DNA from: Chrysomallon squamiferum
Lineage: Eukaryota; Animalia; Mollusca
Reading direction: 5' to 3'
Assembly: GCA_012295275.1 (NCBI GenBank)
Contig: CM022665.1
Span: 42,408,001 to 42,472,000, forward strand
Length of the DNA stretch: 64,000 nt
Numbering within the stretch: the stretch's first letter is position 1; the number at the start of each line of letters is the position of its first letter. Below the pieces are notes generated by a model. That model was given only the letters and a program-made list of their open reading frames with translations. It had not been told where the DNA came from and did not search any database. Below are positions 15,248 through 28,736 of the stretch, one piece after another. The position numbers and the translations under genes are program-made.

Positions 15248-15933
15248 GTAAGAGTTTGGCATGCAGACAGCCAGTTTATCTCCAAGCCTCGTGCGGCCAG
15301 ACTTCTACTGGTCTCTGCAACACACCGCTTGAACCTCTTTACCATCGGCTTCCCAGTCAGTCTCAGGAACTGTTGTTATTTATATCTTCCGTGCTAACTG
15401 TTTTCTTCAAGTGCTGGAGAGGTGTTTTTTTAAAAATAAAAATAATAAAAAAAATAAAAAAATAAAGTTTTCAAAAGTTGCAGACGTCATTTTTAGCTGT
15501 TTTAGACGTTTTGGTTTTTTCTCTGTTTTTACTGAATTGAGTGAATGAAATAATAAGTTATAATGGTGGCTTTTGTCCCATTAATAATGCTGATAAATCA
15601 TAATGTTAAATTTTTTTTAAAAAGGTTTTGTATGTAAAAAGAATAAATGAAATAAAATGTTACAAGAAAAATGTTCATTTTGAATTGTATAAAGAGATAG
15701 TGTCTGTTGAATGATACATTTTGATGGAATAATGATAAATGTTGATATAATAATGATAAATGTTGATGTAATAATGATAAATATTGGTGTAATAATTATG
15801 TAATAATGATAAATATTGATCTAATAATCAGATTTTTGACACTACTTTTTTTTGTATTCTTTTTGTTAATAATGTTTTAAATTTTAAATTCAACTTTTAT
15901 TTAAAAAATAAAAATAAAATAATAGTAATAATG

Positions 15934-15966
<33 letters not shown>

Positions 15967-16377
15967 TGCAGTTCATTTATTTTTAATAAAGATAAATTAG
16001 GATGTAATAACTAATATTTATTTGATGTATCTGTATTTTGTTGATGTTGTTATTGGTGGGGTTTTTTGGGGGGTGATGTTTATTTTTGTTTATAAAGAAC
16101 AATAATAACAATAAGATCTGTTATGATTTTAATTTAATTATTTTTTATTTATTTATTTATGTCATTTTTATTTTATTTTTGTTTAGTTTTAATTTATTTT
16201 ATTTTTATTTATTTATTTGTTATAATGAAAATGGCTTCTCTCATTGAAAATATAATGTTGTCCAATAATTTTTTTTTTTAATTTTTAAAAAAAAATAATA
16301 TGTAAAAATAAAATACAAATATTTGTGCTGTTTTATAGGTTTCATTTTACTTGTTTGTTTTTGTTTGTTTTATTTGT

Positions 16378-16412
<35 letters not shown>

Positions 16413-16646
16413 GATATTTCAAAATGGCTACTGTCCAAGATAAACTATGATGCAGTAATGTTAAAAGTAGTTTGTGATTTGTTTGTTGAAAAAACATTTA
16501 TGTTAAATAAATAAACTTTTAAATAAATATTTTAAAAATAACTCTAAGGATGATGTATCTACAGATCTTCTGCTTTGATTAGGATTTTATTTTTTATTTT
16601 TTTATTTCTATTTTCTTAATGTGTAAAAGATATTTAAATATTTTAT

Positions 16647-16696
<50 letters not shown>

Positions 16697-17573
16697 GTGG
16701 GAAATCTAATTTAATTAGTTTTTTTAGAAATAAAAAAATCTTTACCAAAAAATACAAACTCAGTTCTTTAATATTTCTGTTCTAAAAAATAAAAAAGTAG
16801 AAAAATAAAAAAAGTTTTTCAGCTATTTTAATGAATAAATTGTATAAATGAAAATGATGATGGTACTTGTTGAAATGTTTTAATAATTAAAAGTCTTAAT
16901 GATCACTTTTGTCTGTTTAAAAAAAAAAATTATATATTTTCTGTTTAACTTTGATTTGCTTTGTTCTTTTTTATATATAAATTAAAAAAAAAAAAAAATT
17001 AATTGTTTCTGAATTTTATTAAGTATTTAATTTGGCAATAAATTTCATAATTATTGAAAATAAACATTATTCAAAGAATAATGAATTTTAAGAATATTTA
17101 AAGCCAAGTTTATTGCAAAGACTTAAGTAATGTTCTTTGTATTAAACACAAATGGAGTATTTGAAATGAAGATGCTAGTTAAGACCACTGAAAGTAAGAC
17201 ACAGATGTTTCCTGTTTTCAATGGTGAAATAAAACAATTTTTTTTTTTTTTTTTTTTTTTTAAATAAATAGTTGTTTTTTTTATCTTTTATTCACTTCAT
17301 AAATCATGTAAGAAAACAATATGGCAAGGAAAAAAAATAAAGTAATGTGTTACTAATTATTTAAGCTTATAATTATGTCATGTCTAATAGATGGTGTTTA
17401 TTTAAAAAATAAAGACAGATGGTAATAAAACAGACTCTAATGTTGAATGTCTTTTTATCTTTCTGGGTTTTATTATGACAACAAACAGTAGCAAAGAGTG
17501 ACAGACCAAAGGATCAATTCTTTTCATACACCTTTGGGCTATTTTCCCATTCCAAACCAGAACTTTTTTTAAC

Positions 17574-18012
17574 CAAGACTATTTATTATGTAGTGTGTGT
17601 GTGTATGGTGTTCTATATACAAGACTAATTATTATGAAATGTGTGTGTATGATGTTTTATATACAAATTCCAGATGATGTTTATATACAAGACTATTTAT
17701 TATGTAGTGTGTGTGTGTATGATGTTCTATATACAAGACTATTTATTATGTAGTGTGTGTGTGTATGGTGTTCTATATACAAGACTAATTATTATGAAAT
17801 GTGTGTGTATGATGTTTTATATACAAGATTCATTATGTAGTGTGTGTGTATGATGTTCTATATACAAGACTAATTATTATGAAATGTGTGTGTATGATGT
17901 TCTATATACAAGACTATTTATTATGTAGTATGTGTGTATGATGTTTTATATACAAGACTAATTTTTATGTAGTGTGTGTGTATGATGTTTTCTGTAACAA
18001 ATAAGACTAATT
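17574..18012. repeat. ~42-46 bp minisatellite, ~9-10 copies
   Basis: Unit caagactatttattatgtagtgtgtgtgtatgatgttctatata. Confidence 0.92.
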
Positions 18013-18486
18013 ATTAGTCAGAGATTGGGTGTTGGTTTCTGCATGAAGCAAGACTAGTTTATTTGAGAAATATCACACTCATCTTGATCTGTGCTAACTG
18101 TTCCCATCTACAGTGCTTGCTGTAATAGCCTGTGATGGGGTTGGAGCTAGACAGGGGAATCTCTGCCAAAATAGCCTGTCCCATTGGGCCTAACACAGGC
18201 CAAAGACTGCAGCTTTGGCTTAAGTTCAAGTATCATATCAGTGTGCATTCTTGTTGGCTTTTTTCTTTGTCGGGTTTTTGTTGCTTTTTCTGTGATTTTT
18301 AAAATATATTTTTGTATTTATTTTTCTTCAGAAAGATATATCTTGTGTAAGAACAAGTTCTTTGTTGTGAGAAAGTTCTGTGTGTGTGACTGGGAAATAA
18401 TTGTTAAAAGGTTAAATAATTGTTATGTTTTGTAGATTTTGTTGTGTTTGTCTGTATATATTATGGATATATATATATATATATAC

Positions 18487-18488
<2 letters not shown>

Positions 18489-18556
<68 letters not shown>
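18489..18556. repeat. (GA)n microsatellite
   Basis: Direct reading. Similar tracts at 19686, 40126, 42349, 45086, 47831 and 53606. Confidence 0.95.
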
Positions 18557-18558
<2 letters not shown>

Positions 18559-19683
18559 TGGAAGAGAGAGAGAGATTGAGAGAGAAAGAGGGAATATTAT
18601 ATCATTCATTTATAGCTAATTATGATATAGTTTTTCACATAGATTAGAGGAAACACAAATACACTGTTTCCTACACAACAGAGCAGTTTAAGATAGACTG
18701 TTTGATACACAGGACAGAACAAGCGGTGATACAGCGCTCAGACATTCAATCAAATTGTGTATGACATTCCATGGAGGATTCCCAAAACTAACTAATGCAT
18801 TTACTACAGAACAGAGCAGAGAGTGATTCATTACTCTGTGCAGCAAAACTGATGAAAAGTTGCATGAAATTTCACAAAACAAACAACAGACTGATATGTA
18901 TTATGTAAATAACAGTGATAATATTTATCACCTACAGGCACTTTCTATCATTTTTCCCTTTAATTTGTCGTAGGTGCATAAAGCTGCAAAGTACATGGTA
19001 ATTAAATATACATCAAGCAAGGTATGCTGGGATACATATCTAAAGCAAAAACAGAAATGTTTTGATATGCACTGATGCCCAAGTTAAAGCTAAATACAAA
19101 AAATTAATTTAAAAATTTTGGTTTTTTTTTTCTAAAGTAACTAAATTATTAGGTAAGACAATGCCCTGGTATCATTTCACAGAATTTTAAACAGAAAATT
19201 TTCATTTAGCCTAATTTATCAGACAAGCTGTTACATCACTGCAACAGAAATAATAAACTGGTCACTTAAATTAGTTATTTATGTTCAACATGAAATCAAC
19301 AGAAAACAGAACTTACAGTTTTTATTTATTTTTTAAAACATTGGAAAATCAAATTAATGCATTGAATCTGTTAATATTTATTTTCATGATGTTCTTATTG
19401 TTGTTTCTATGGCATTTTTTTAAATGTTGAGCATACACGTAGTAAGTGTTTAAAATTAAATAAATAAATAAGATAACTGTAATTTTTACAGTTTGCTGTT
19501 ATCCTTCCTATAAGGATTTGTTAACACAAAAATCATTTACTATGGAGTATTGGATTTATTCTCATTTCTTTTTCTCATTTTCACAGGCAGACAGATACTT
19601 GTACAGTGTCAAATCTGCTTATTTCCACAGTCATATTAACAATTTACAGCATTTCATTAGAAAACTTTACCATGACTCAGTAT

Positions 19684-19740
<57 letters not shown>

Positions 19741-20375
19741 TGTGTGTGTCTGTCTGAGGGTGTGATTAATAAAAATGTTGAATGAAAATTTTTTTGTTCA
19801 GTATATTTCAAAAACAATATTTGACCAGTTAATATTGTTTTTTCACTTCATTCATTTATTTGCCCATTCCTTGCAGTCTGAATCCATTTTACTTTACTCT
19901 ATATCATGTTTTTCTTTGTGTTTATGTGTTGCATGCCTCGACTCTTTAATTTATATTTAAATTTGGTTTTCAAGTTCATAAAAATCGTCGTGTTACTTAT
20001 TCATTTTATGCATTAGTTGTGAATTAATTAATGTAAATTATCCGTGTTTTATTTGTTTACATAACAGTGCATGATATTTATTTACTTAGTTATGTAACTT
20101 ACAAAATGTCATATTTTGTTTATTAATTTAATTTTAATTAAATAAATTCTCTTTTTTTTTATTTATATTTTTTATTAGCAGAATTTGATTTCAATTCGTA
20201 AAGTACTATGATGTCAGCTTTGATAGATTTTACCTGTATACGTAAATTAATTTAATATGTTAATATCTAGCTGTGTTTAATTTACCTAATTTAATTTGAG
20301 TATATGTAAAGATAGGATATTAGATTAGTTGGTAAGGTGAGGTGTAACCCTTGTGTTTCAACTTGTGTTTTGCAG

Positions 20376-22669
20376 AGCCCTCCAAGTTTGTGTGTGAGAC
20401 GTGTAAGGCGATATTCACGTCGGCGTGGATGCTGCTGCAGCATGCTCAGAAGGAGCACGGGATGAAGATCTACACGACGTCTCCCGTCCTCAACCTGTCC
20501 ACTCCGTCTCCGCGGCCTGGACTCTCCATCAGCGAGCATCGGACACCCCCGTCTGCCGGGACGTCTGGCAGCGGACACGAGTCTCCGTTCCCTCACCCGT
20601 CTCCGTACCCGTCCTTCCGGCTGCCCCTGGAGGGTCGGCCCCTCCACCACGGCTCGCCCCTCCACCACGGCTCCCCCCTCAGCCCTTTCAACCGTCCGCC
20701 CGGGCTGGACCTCCCCCTGGACATCATCAGCGACCCGTTCCGCAATCTCCGACCCAACCCCCTCACCATGTCGCACGGGATCCCCCCGTCGCTGGAGCAC
20801 AGCCCCCACCACCACCACAGCACCCCGCCCCACTTCGGCCACCCGGCGTTCGACCGGTCGAGGATGCCGATGTCGGACATTGACTTCTACTCGAAGCGTT
20901 TACAGCAGTTAGCACACTCCACAGGGCCTTCTCTCGGTGTTGTCTCAGGACCTCCTCAAGCCCCAGGTTTGCCCAGGCCAGAGACAACCTTTTCACCAAC
21001 AGCGAGCAACATACTGACAAATATGCATGAGCAAAAACATCACCAACAGCAACACCAGCAGCAGCAGCAGCAGCAGCAACAACAACAACAACGAGAATCC
21101 CTGTCAAATCACTCTCCCGACAGTTCGTCACAGTTACAGCTGTCGCCCAATCACAGCCGACCCAACAAGTCATGTGAGTTCTGTGGTAAGTGTTTCCGGT
21201 TTCAGAGCAACCTGATAGTTCATCGCCGCTCGCACACAGGGGAGAAGCCATTCAAGTGTCCTGTGTGTCCTCATGCCTGTACGCAGCAGAGCAAGCTCAA
21301 ACGCCACATGAAGACTCACAGAAACAAGTCTCCGGTGTCGGGAATTTTCCAAGGATCCAACGCCTCCAACTCTGATGGAAGCATGCACTCCAGCAGCAGC
21401 ACCCCGGACTCAAACATGAATGCTGTCAGCAAGCTGGACGAAAGTGGCTATGACATGGATGATGAGGAGGAGGAGGAAGAGGAGGAGGAGGAGGAGGAGA
21501 TGGAGGAGGACTTTGAAGAAGAAGAGGAAGAAGAACTGGAAGCTGTGAACGAAAACTCCAGAAGAAGCCACGAACGAGATCTCAAGAAAGGAGCAGAAGA
21601 GAACGAGAGGGAAGACAGGCCTAAATCAACGAGCAATGACCTCAGTAACCATAACGCAACAGAATCACAGAATGGAGATGTGGATCAGAACGATGTGGAT
21701 CAGAAAGGTCTCGTAAACCACAGTCACTCTCCATCGGCGTTCGGTTCTCCGAACTCCAGGGACCGAGAACGAACTCCTTCCTCCAGTTTGCTCAATGAAA
21801 TGATGGAGAATTCGGGTCTGAAGAGCATCCAGCCGTTCAACGATGCCTTCCAGCAGGCGATCGCGGAGAACCGCAGCCAGCACGGCTCCTCAAAGGACTC
21901 GGACGATGGGGAGAAGGAGAAGCTGGAAAACGGAAGTGTGAGTCCAGACACAAAGCGAGACCAGTCTCCTCTGAGGCACGCACTCAACAGCGACTCCCAG
22001 CTGCTGTTCAGAAACAGCCTCTCCCAGTCTCCCCTCGACCTCCACTCGAAGCCCAGCATCAAACGAGAGCCCCTCCCGGAGTCCAGCATCCCCAACAACT
22101 TCGAGGCAGCAATGCGCTACGCATCCTGGTTCCACCAGACGTCGGCGCTGCGCGACCTCCACCCTCGATTCTTTCCAGGGTTCGCGCTGCCCCGCGACAC
22201 CAACCACAACGGCTTGAACCTGGCAGCCCCTGAAAGTGCCTTGAAACCCGTGACGGGCCTGCCCCGCCCCGGGCCCAGCACCCCGGTGTCCTCGCCAAAC
22301 GGGGGGGCCGGGGGTGCGGGGGGGCCGTATGCGAGGCGGGACCGGCGCTCGGACACCTGCGAGTTCTGCGGCAAGGTCTTCAAGAACTGCAGCAACCTGA
22401 CCGTGCACCGGCGCTCGCACACCGGCGAGAAGCCCTACAAGTGTGACCTCTGCAGCTACGCCTGCGCCCAGTCGAGCAAGCTGACGCGACACATGAAGAC
22501 GCACGGCCGCCTCGGCAAGGATGTCTACCGGTGCAAGTTCTGTCAGATGCCGTTCTCCGTCGCAAGCACGCTGGAGAAACACATGCGGAAGTGCGTCGAC
22601 AACTGCCACACCCGGTTACTGCACGAAGCAGACGCAGACAGCAACGGAACTGCAACATCCAATCTATGA
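20376..22669 (+). CDS. BCL11A: BCL11A/BCL11B-family (CTIP) zinc-finger transcription factor, large terminal coding exon; the N-terminal exons were not found in the window
   Basis: Acceptor ttgtgttttgcag|AG at 20375/20376 (phase 1) and stop TGA at 22667-22669. The translation has EPSKFVCETCKAIFTSAWMLLQHAQKEHGMKIY (ZF1), DFYSKRLQQLA, CEFCGKCFRFQSNLIVHRRSHTGEKPFKC..C.HACTQQSKLKRHMKTH (ZF2-3), an acidic E tract, and CEFCGKVFKNCSNLTVHRRSHTGEKPYKC..CSYACAQSSKLTRHMKTHG..GKDVYRCKFCQMPFSVASTLEKHM (ZF4-6). All are BCL11 hallmarks. The ORF-track start at 20351 (TTG) is intronic. Confidence 0.96.
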
Positions 22670-22695
22670 TTGCTCATCTCTCATCGACATTAGTG

Positions 22696-22727
<32 letters not shown>

Positions 22728-23059
22728 CACACCTTGTTATAGACTTGTTGTTTTTTATTTTTAATTACATTTTTTTCTTTTTTTCCTTTTTTGTTTTTTT
22801 TTTCTCTCCATTTCTCTTGTTAGAAATCATGTTACCTGCAATGAAAAGGTAGACATTTTTTTTTTTTTTTTTTTCAAAGTTGTGAAATTCTACAATACTC
22901 AAACTTGTGATGTTTCTTGTTTTGACTTGGATCTGTTGCCATGGTTACAGGCTTGACATCCTAAATGGGCTACTCTGAATAATACACAATTAGTGTTTTA
23001 CGTTACACATGTCCTTCATCTGTGACTGGACTTTTTGATGTGCATGCCATGTGATTCTG

Positions 23060-23429
23060 TTAACCCTTTCAGTGCCACGGTTTGCTCTTGTTACTTTTCA
23101 TATCATCAGAGACTTTATTTTTTTTTTTTTTTTTTTTTATTGATAAACTGATGTTTGTTACTACAGATTTTAAAAGATTTCTCTCTTTTTTTTCTTCTGT
23201 TTAAAAACATTATCGTTAATATTTATCATTTTGTTAAAGAAAAAAAAATAGTAATATGATTATTATTTAACAATTTTATTATTCTTTTTTTTTAATGTTT
23301 TAAAAAAAAAAAAATAATAAATAAGTAATAATTTTATTAATTAGCATCATATTATGTAATTAATCTTTACCTCTTTTGTTAAAAACCAGTTTACCTTACA
23401 GTCAAACACAACAGCACTGAAGGGGTTAA
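23060..23429. mobile_element. piggyBac-like non-autonomous element (MITE) with TTAA target-site duplications
   Basis: TTAA|CCCTTTCAGTGC (23060-23075) ... GCACTGAAGGGG|TTAA (23414-23429): 12-bp TIR with one mismatch, CCC termini and no coding capacity. Confidence 0.6.
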
Positions 23430-24067
23430 CATACATGTTATATTTAAAAAATACCTTCCTTATTAGAAGAAGAAAAAAAAACATGTTGTATATTGTTTGT
23501 TTCTACTTGTTAAACATACACTAGGTATGTGTGTATATGTATTTATAAACATATATATATATATATACATATACACACAACACATATATGTATGTATGTA
23601 TGTTTGTATAAGTCAGTATACGTGTATATTAAGTACATACTAACCTGATTGTGTTTTTTCTCGCTGTATACCACACCTAAAACTACACTGAAAGGGGATT
23701 GTTTGTTTATGTGATAATTCTGTTGGTTTGTTTTTTAAAAAATAACTCATCATCGAATTCTTACCCGTGTGATTGTGCGTGTGAGGTAACTTCATTATAT
23801 TTGTAGAGGAAAGTATATAACACATGTCGATTTGTTTTATATATATACACACACACACACATATATATATATTAACTCGACATGGAGGAAAACCGTGAAT
23901 TCTCTCATAATGTGCCATACTTATGTTAATGTTGTTGAATTCACTTGGAGCTGTATTTTAGGAGTATTTTTACCTTCTTATGTAATAGCACATCTAGCTG
24001 TTTTTAAAATGTATGTTGCTTCAGGCTTAGAGTGTCTTCAGTGTTAAAATTATACCACCTTCTTGCC

Positions 24068-24121
24068 TGTGTTAAAATGTCTGGTTCAAGTGTTAAAATG
24101 TCTGGTTCAAGTGTTAAAATG
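24068..24121. repeat. 21-bp tandem repeat, ~2.5 copies
   Basis: gtgttaaaatgtctggttcaa. Confidence 0.85.
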
Positions 24122-24370
24122 ATAAACTCTCTTCTAGGGTTGCTATGTTAAAGTTATATACTCTCTCTGGTTTCCATGTTAAAATCATGTATGCCATCTA
24201 GTTACAGTAGGGTTTTTTTTTTGTGTTTTTTTTTTGCTTCTTTGTTTTAATGAAAGATCTTTTATAATTTTTAAATCTTTTGCAAAAGTTTGGTATTTGT
24301 CTTATTTTGCATGCAGAATGGTCTCTGAAGATTTCATTTTTGGCTTTAATGAAATTCCAAAATATTTTAT

Positions 24371-24408
<38 letters not shown>

Positions 24409-25008
24409 TCATTTCTAAATTATTAATATTATTATTATATATTTATATTTGTTTATTTATTTTTTCATTTTTTTATTTATTTTTTTTTTTTTTTTTTTTT
24501 TAATGGGGATTAAAATTTTTCTTTTAATAAAAAAATAAATACCTTTAATTTTTATAATCAGCTTTTTCGTGCTTTATGGGTTTAGTGTCATTTATGTACT
24601 TCAAACAAAATTTTAATAAATAATATCTTAATGTGACTGCTTCACTGGCTAATTTTAGATGACTGGCAATCTTGTCATTTTTATTTTTACATTTCCTTGT
24701 TATCATAATGTAATCAGTTTTCATGGGCTATGTTTTAAAATTTCAACATCTGTTTAAATTCAGATCAGTTACCAAGATTTTTGTCTGTGTTCATAAACAT
24801 TTAAAAAATGAAAGTCAAATAGCAGAGATTCCCCCCCCCCCCCCCTTTTTTTTTCTTCTTGTTTTTTTTTTTTTCAGTGGGTATCTTAGTCATTAGATTC
24901 TGAAAATGGAATTTTTATTTTATTTTAATTTTTTTAAATAAATAAATAAATAAATTATAGACAATTATCTAAAAAAAAAATTAATATGTCTTAAGTTGAT
25001 TATTATCA

Positions 25009-25049
<41 letters not shown>

Positions 25050-25553
25050 CATTTAATTTATTTATTCTTTCCATTTTATTACGTTTTTTTTTTTTTTTTG
25101 TCCCTTTTTTACAAAAACTAAATCTTCTTTGATCATTTTGTATGTCAGTGAATGAATAACAGACAGTCTCTGGCTTCTAGAAAATGTCATAAATCTTTGG
25201 TTGTTACTAAACTATCATTCTAACATACAAACTATTTATAATACTACTCTGTATCATATAATGAATTTTATTTTTCACCTAGACTAAAATCTCTTTTTAT
25301 TTAAATATGCATGTGTAATAATTACCTTTGTACACTCTGTAGAAGAGCCCACCCTAACCCTGCTTATTTGTGTGTGTGATGTAATAACCACTGTATGTCG
25401 CTGGTTAACAATTCTTTGTTATTTTACCCCAAACTCAAAAACCCATTTATCAAGATGTGTGGAATAATGGTTTGTAGTTTTTATTCTCAAATATTTCTGT
25501 GATAATTGTATTTCTGTTTTAGATTTTTTCTTTTTTTTATTATTATTATTATT

Positions 25554-25590
<37 letters not shown>

Positions 25591-28354
25591 TATCTGCTGT
25601 CTGAATGTACAAAACTGACTGGAACAGATATTATATTATGAAGATTGTGAATGACAGGTGTCCAGAGAGGAATTTCATTTATTCAATCAATCATCTTTAT
25701 GGCAAAAATAATACATTAATATTCTCTAAGGCTGAGTCCATAAATCCAGTGGAACAAACAGAATGACATGATCTTTTGATTACAGAATACGTAACAAACC
25801 TACAAATAACTTCTTACAATGAAAAACAAAGAATTTACACACACAGATTTTAAACTTGGGCTCAACAAATTTCGTTTTTGGGTTTTTTCAAATTTAGAGC
25901 AATGCTGTTTTGAAATTTCAGGTTGTACATATTTTGTTAACTAACCTTTAATCATATTCAGTGCAGCCATTTTGGAATATGGACTCCATTTCTTCGGTTA
26001 TTGTTGATTTTATATCAAATGATTTTAAGATTTAAAAATGACTTAAAATGTTTGATTTTAAACTTTTAAGTTTTGATTAACATTCAGACAGCAGACATTT
26101 TTCTCAAATGGCAAATTTTTTTTTTTTCTGTTACTATGGCAGTAAGCCATAAAGTTGTTTTGTCATTTTTCTTTTCTTTTTTAAATTTAAATTTGTTATA
26201 AAAAAGCATAATACTTGTACTGAGGTACTGAAAATATTATATTTACCCAGTATTTTATACTGTGAGATAAAAATATATATATATATATTATTATGTATAT
26301 TTAATATTTACATACATGATTAGGAGTTAATGAATAACAACAAAAAAAAACAAAAAAAAAATAATAATTATAATATTAATTATAAGAAAAGTAGAAGATT
26401 ATGAATAACAAAATAATAATGATAATAATGATGATGATCGTGATGATAATAATATTTTTTAATTTTAAAAAAAGAAGATAATTTGGAGACTACTAAAACA
26501 AAACCAGAATTATTATTTTTTTAAAATTACTTTTTTTTTACTCAAATTTGGTAAAAATTTGACCCTGTTGAAGTTGGGTTTACTTAGCTTGGGGCTTTTG
26601 TTACCCATGGTTACTGGTGCTTCATGAAGAAACACTACACCTAGTTTATTTTTAATTCCATCTAGAACCATAGTGCCTACATAAGTTGTGTACAGAAAAC
26701 AATTCATTCATTTACTGTTAGCTAACAGCACACTTGTATAGGTTGGTGTGAATGTGCGTGCGTGCGTATGTGTGTGTGTGTGTGTGTGTCTCGTGTCGGC
26801 ATGTAGCATATATGTTCAAGGGCATCTTCATGGAAGAATGAAGTCTCGACTTTTTTAACTTCTTAAAAAAAAAGATTTCTTCCTCTTTGATCTCGGAACA
26901 GTGCAGTCACATGATAAGTAGACTTTAAACATTTTTGTGTTCTTCTGCTTTTTTTTTTTTTTTTTACTTTCTATCTTCAGAAGTACTGTTTTGCTTGTAC
27001 AATTTTTATAAACGACAAGTATAGCTTATAAAGCCCTTTATATGAATGGCAACAAAAACAAAAACTTCCATACTTATAGTGCTATTTTATAACATTTTTT
27101 TTTTTTTTCATTGCTTTTACCTTTGTTTGAAACCTGTATGCATTTATATTTTAAAAAAAAAAAAAATGAAAAGAAGAAGAAAAATGTGTTGTAAAAAAAA
27201 AAAAATTCAGATTAGCCTTTTTAGTTGTTTCAAGCTCTACAGACTTGCATAGCTTGTTGTATTGTATTATTAAAAAAAAAAAAAAAAAAAAAAGACACAA
27301 AAAAAAAAAAACTTTTTCTTGTGCTTAGAGATTTTTGCTACTACAGCTGTCTCATTGGATTCTGTTTGTTTCACTTGTTTGTTCTTCAAATGGTCGGATA
27401 GGGCAGCAATTTAAGCAGCTAACTGTGTCTTCTGGAGGTGAAAACGTCATCAAGACTTTGCCACATCATTGCCTTGCTATAAAACAAAACACAAAAGATT
27501 CAACACAGGAGAGAGAGAGAAAAGTTTAATTTACCCTCATTTTCTGAATTGCACGAAGTGACAGAATCATGAACTGTACGTCATGACTGTTCGAAGGATT
27601 ATGTCAGACATCGTTAAAAGAACTGAATGAAATAACTGAAAGGATTACAATATTGAAATATCTGAGTTAAATAAAACCAAAAGGATTGTGTTAGATGGTA
27701 ATTCTAAGGATTGCATTGGTGGTTATTGAAAAGGATTTCACCAGATGGAAAGAAAGAATCACATCAGAACTTATTTTTTTCACATTATGCAAGTAGGGTG
27801 ATGGAATAACAGCAAAACAAGACTTCAGCAATGCATCAAGATCTCCTTTACAGATTCTTTTTTAAAAGGATTTTTTTTTTTAAAAATGATAATATTTTTT
27901 TAAAATTTAGAAAAAAAAAGAAAACAAAAAATTTTATGGAGAAAGGAATAAAATGACGTCCTCGTCAGAGAAGTTTCATTGTTAAAGAAAAATATCAGTT
28001 GTGGAGATCAACTGATGTGCCTTGTTAAAAAAAAAAATTTAAAAATTAAAATTTCCAAGGAGATTTGGTTATATCTGAAGACCACACAGGAATGTAGAGA
28101 GAGGTAAAACAAAACAAAACAGTGGACAAAACTGACCATGTGTTGTGGACATCCAGTTGACATTTTAAATTTTTTATTTTTTTTTAAATTTCTCTCTTTG
28201 TCAATATAGTTGTGTTCACCTGAGCATAAGCTGCTCTTTTCTTATTATTTTTTTTTTATCTGTGTGTCATCAGTGTTATTCACCTGTCCTGCATCTGTTA
28301 TTCTTTTATTTAGAAAAGCAAACCTAGTGCTATAGGGAGAGAGATTCTTGTATT

Positions 28355-28393
<39 letters not shown>

Positions 28394-28474
28394 ACTTTTG
28401 ATTTTGCATGGATGCCAGATTGTGAAGAACATTCAGACACTGGTAAAATTGTGCTTCAAAAAACAACTGAAAAA

Positions 28475-28513
<39 letters not shown>

Positions 28514-28697
28514 GCAGAAAGCTGATGGTTGGAACTAAACATTATGTTGTTCTCGGAATGAATTGAATGACTAAACAATTTTTTGAGAAGTCTTTTAAAA
28601 AAAAAAAAAAAAAAAAAATCCTTTACTTTTGTTGTTGTTACCTAAACTGGATTGAGTTCTGCATGCTAAACCGAGTGACTTTTATATATAATATATC

Positions 28698-28736
<39 letters not shown>

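Noticed and set aside
20351-20375. ORF-track start MCFNLCFA for BCL11
   Set aside because: A TTG start inside the polypyrimidine tract; homology begins at the splice acceptor.
20291-22764. Antisense and alternate-frame ORFs up to 239 aa overlapping BCL11
   Set aside because: Shadow ORFs expected from high-GC3 coding sequence; no recognisable domains.
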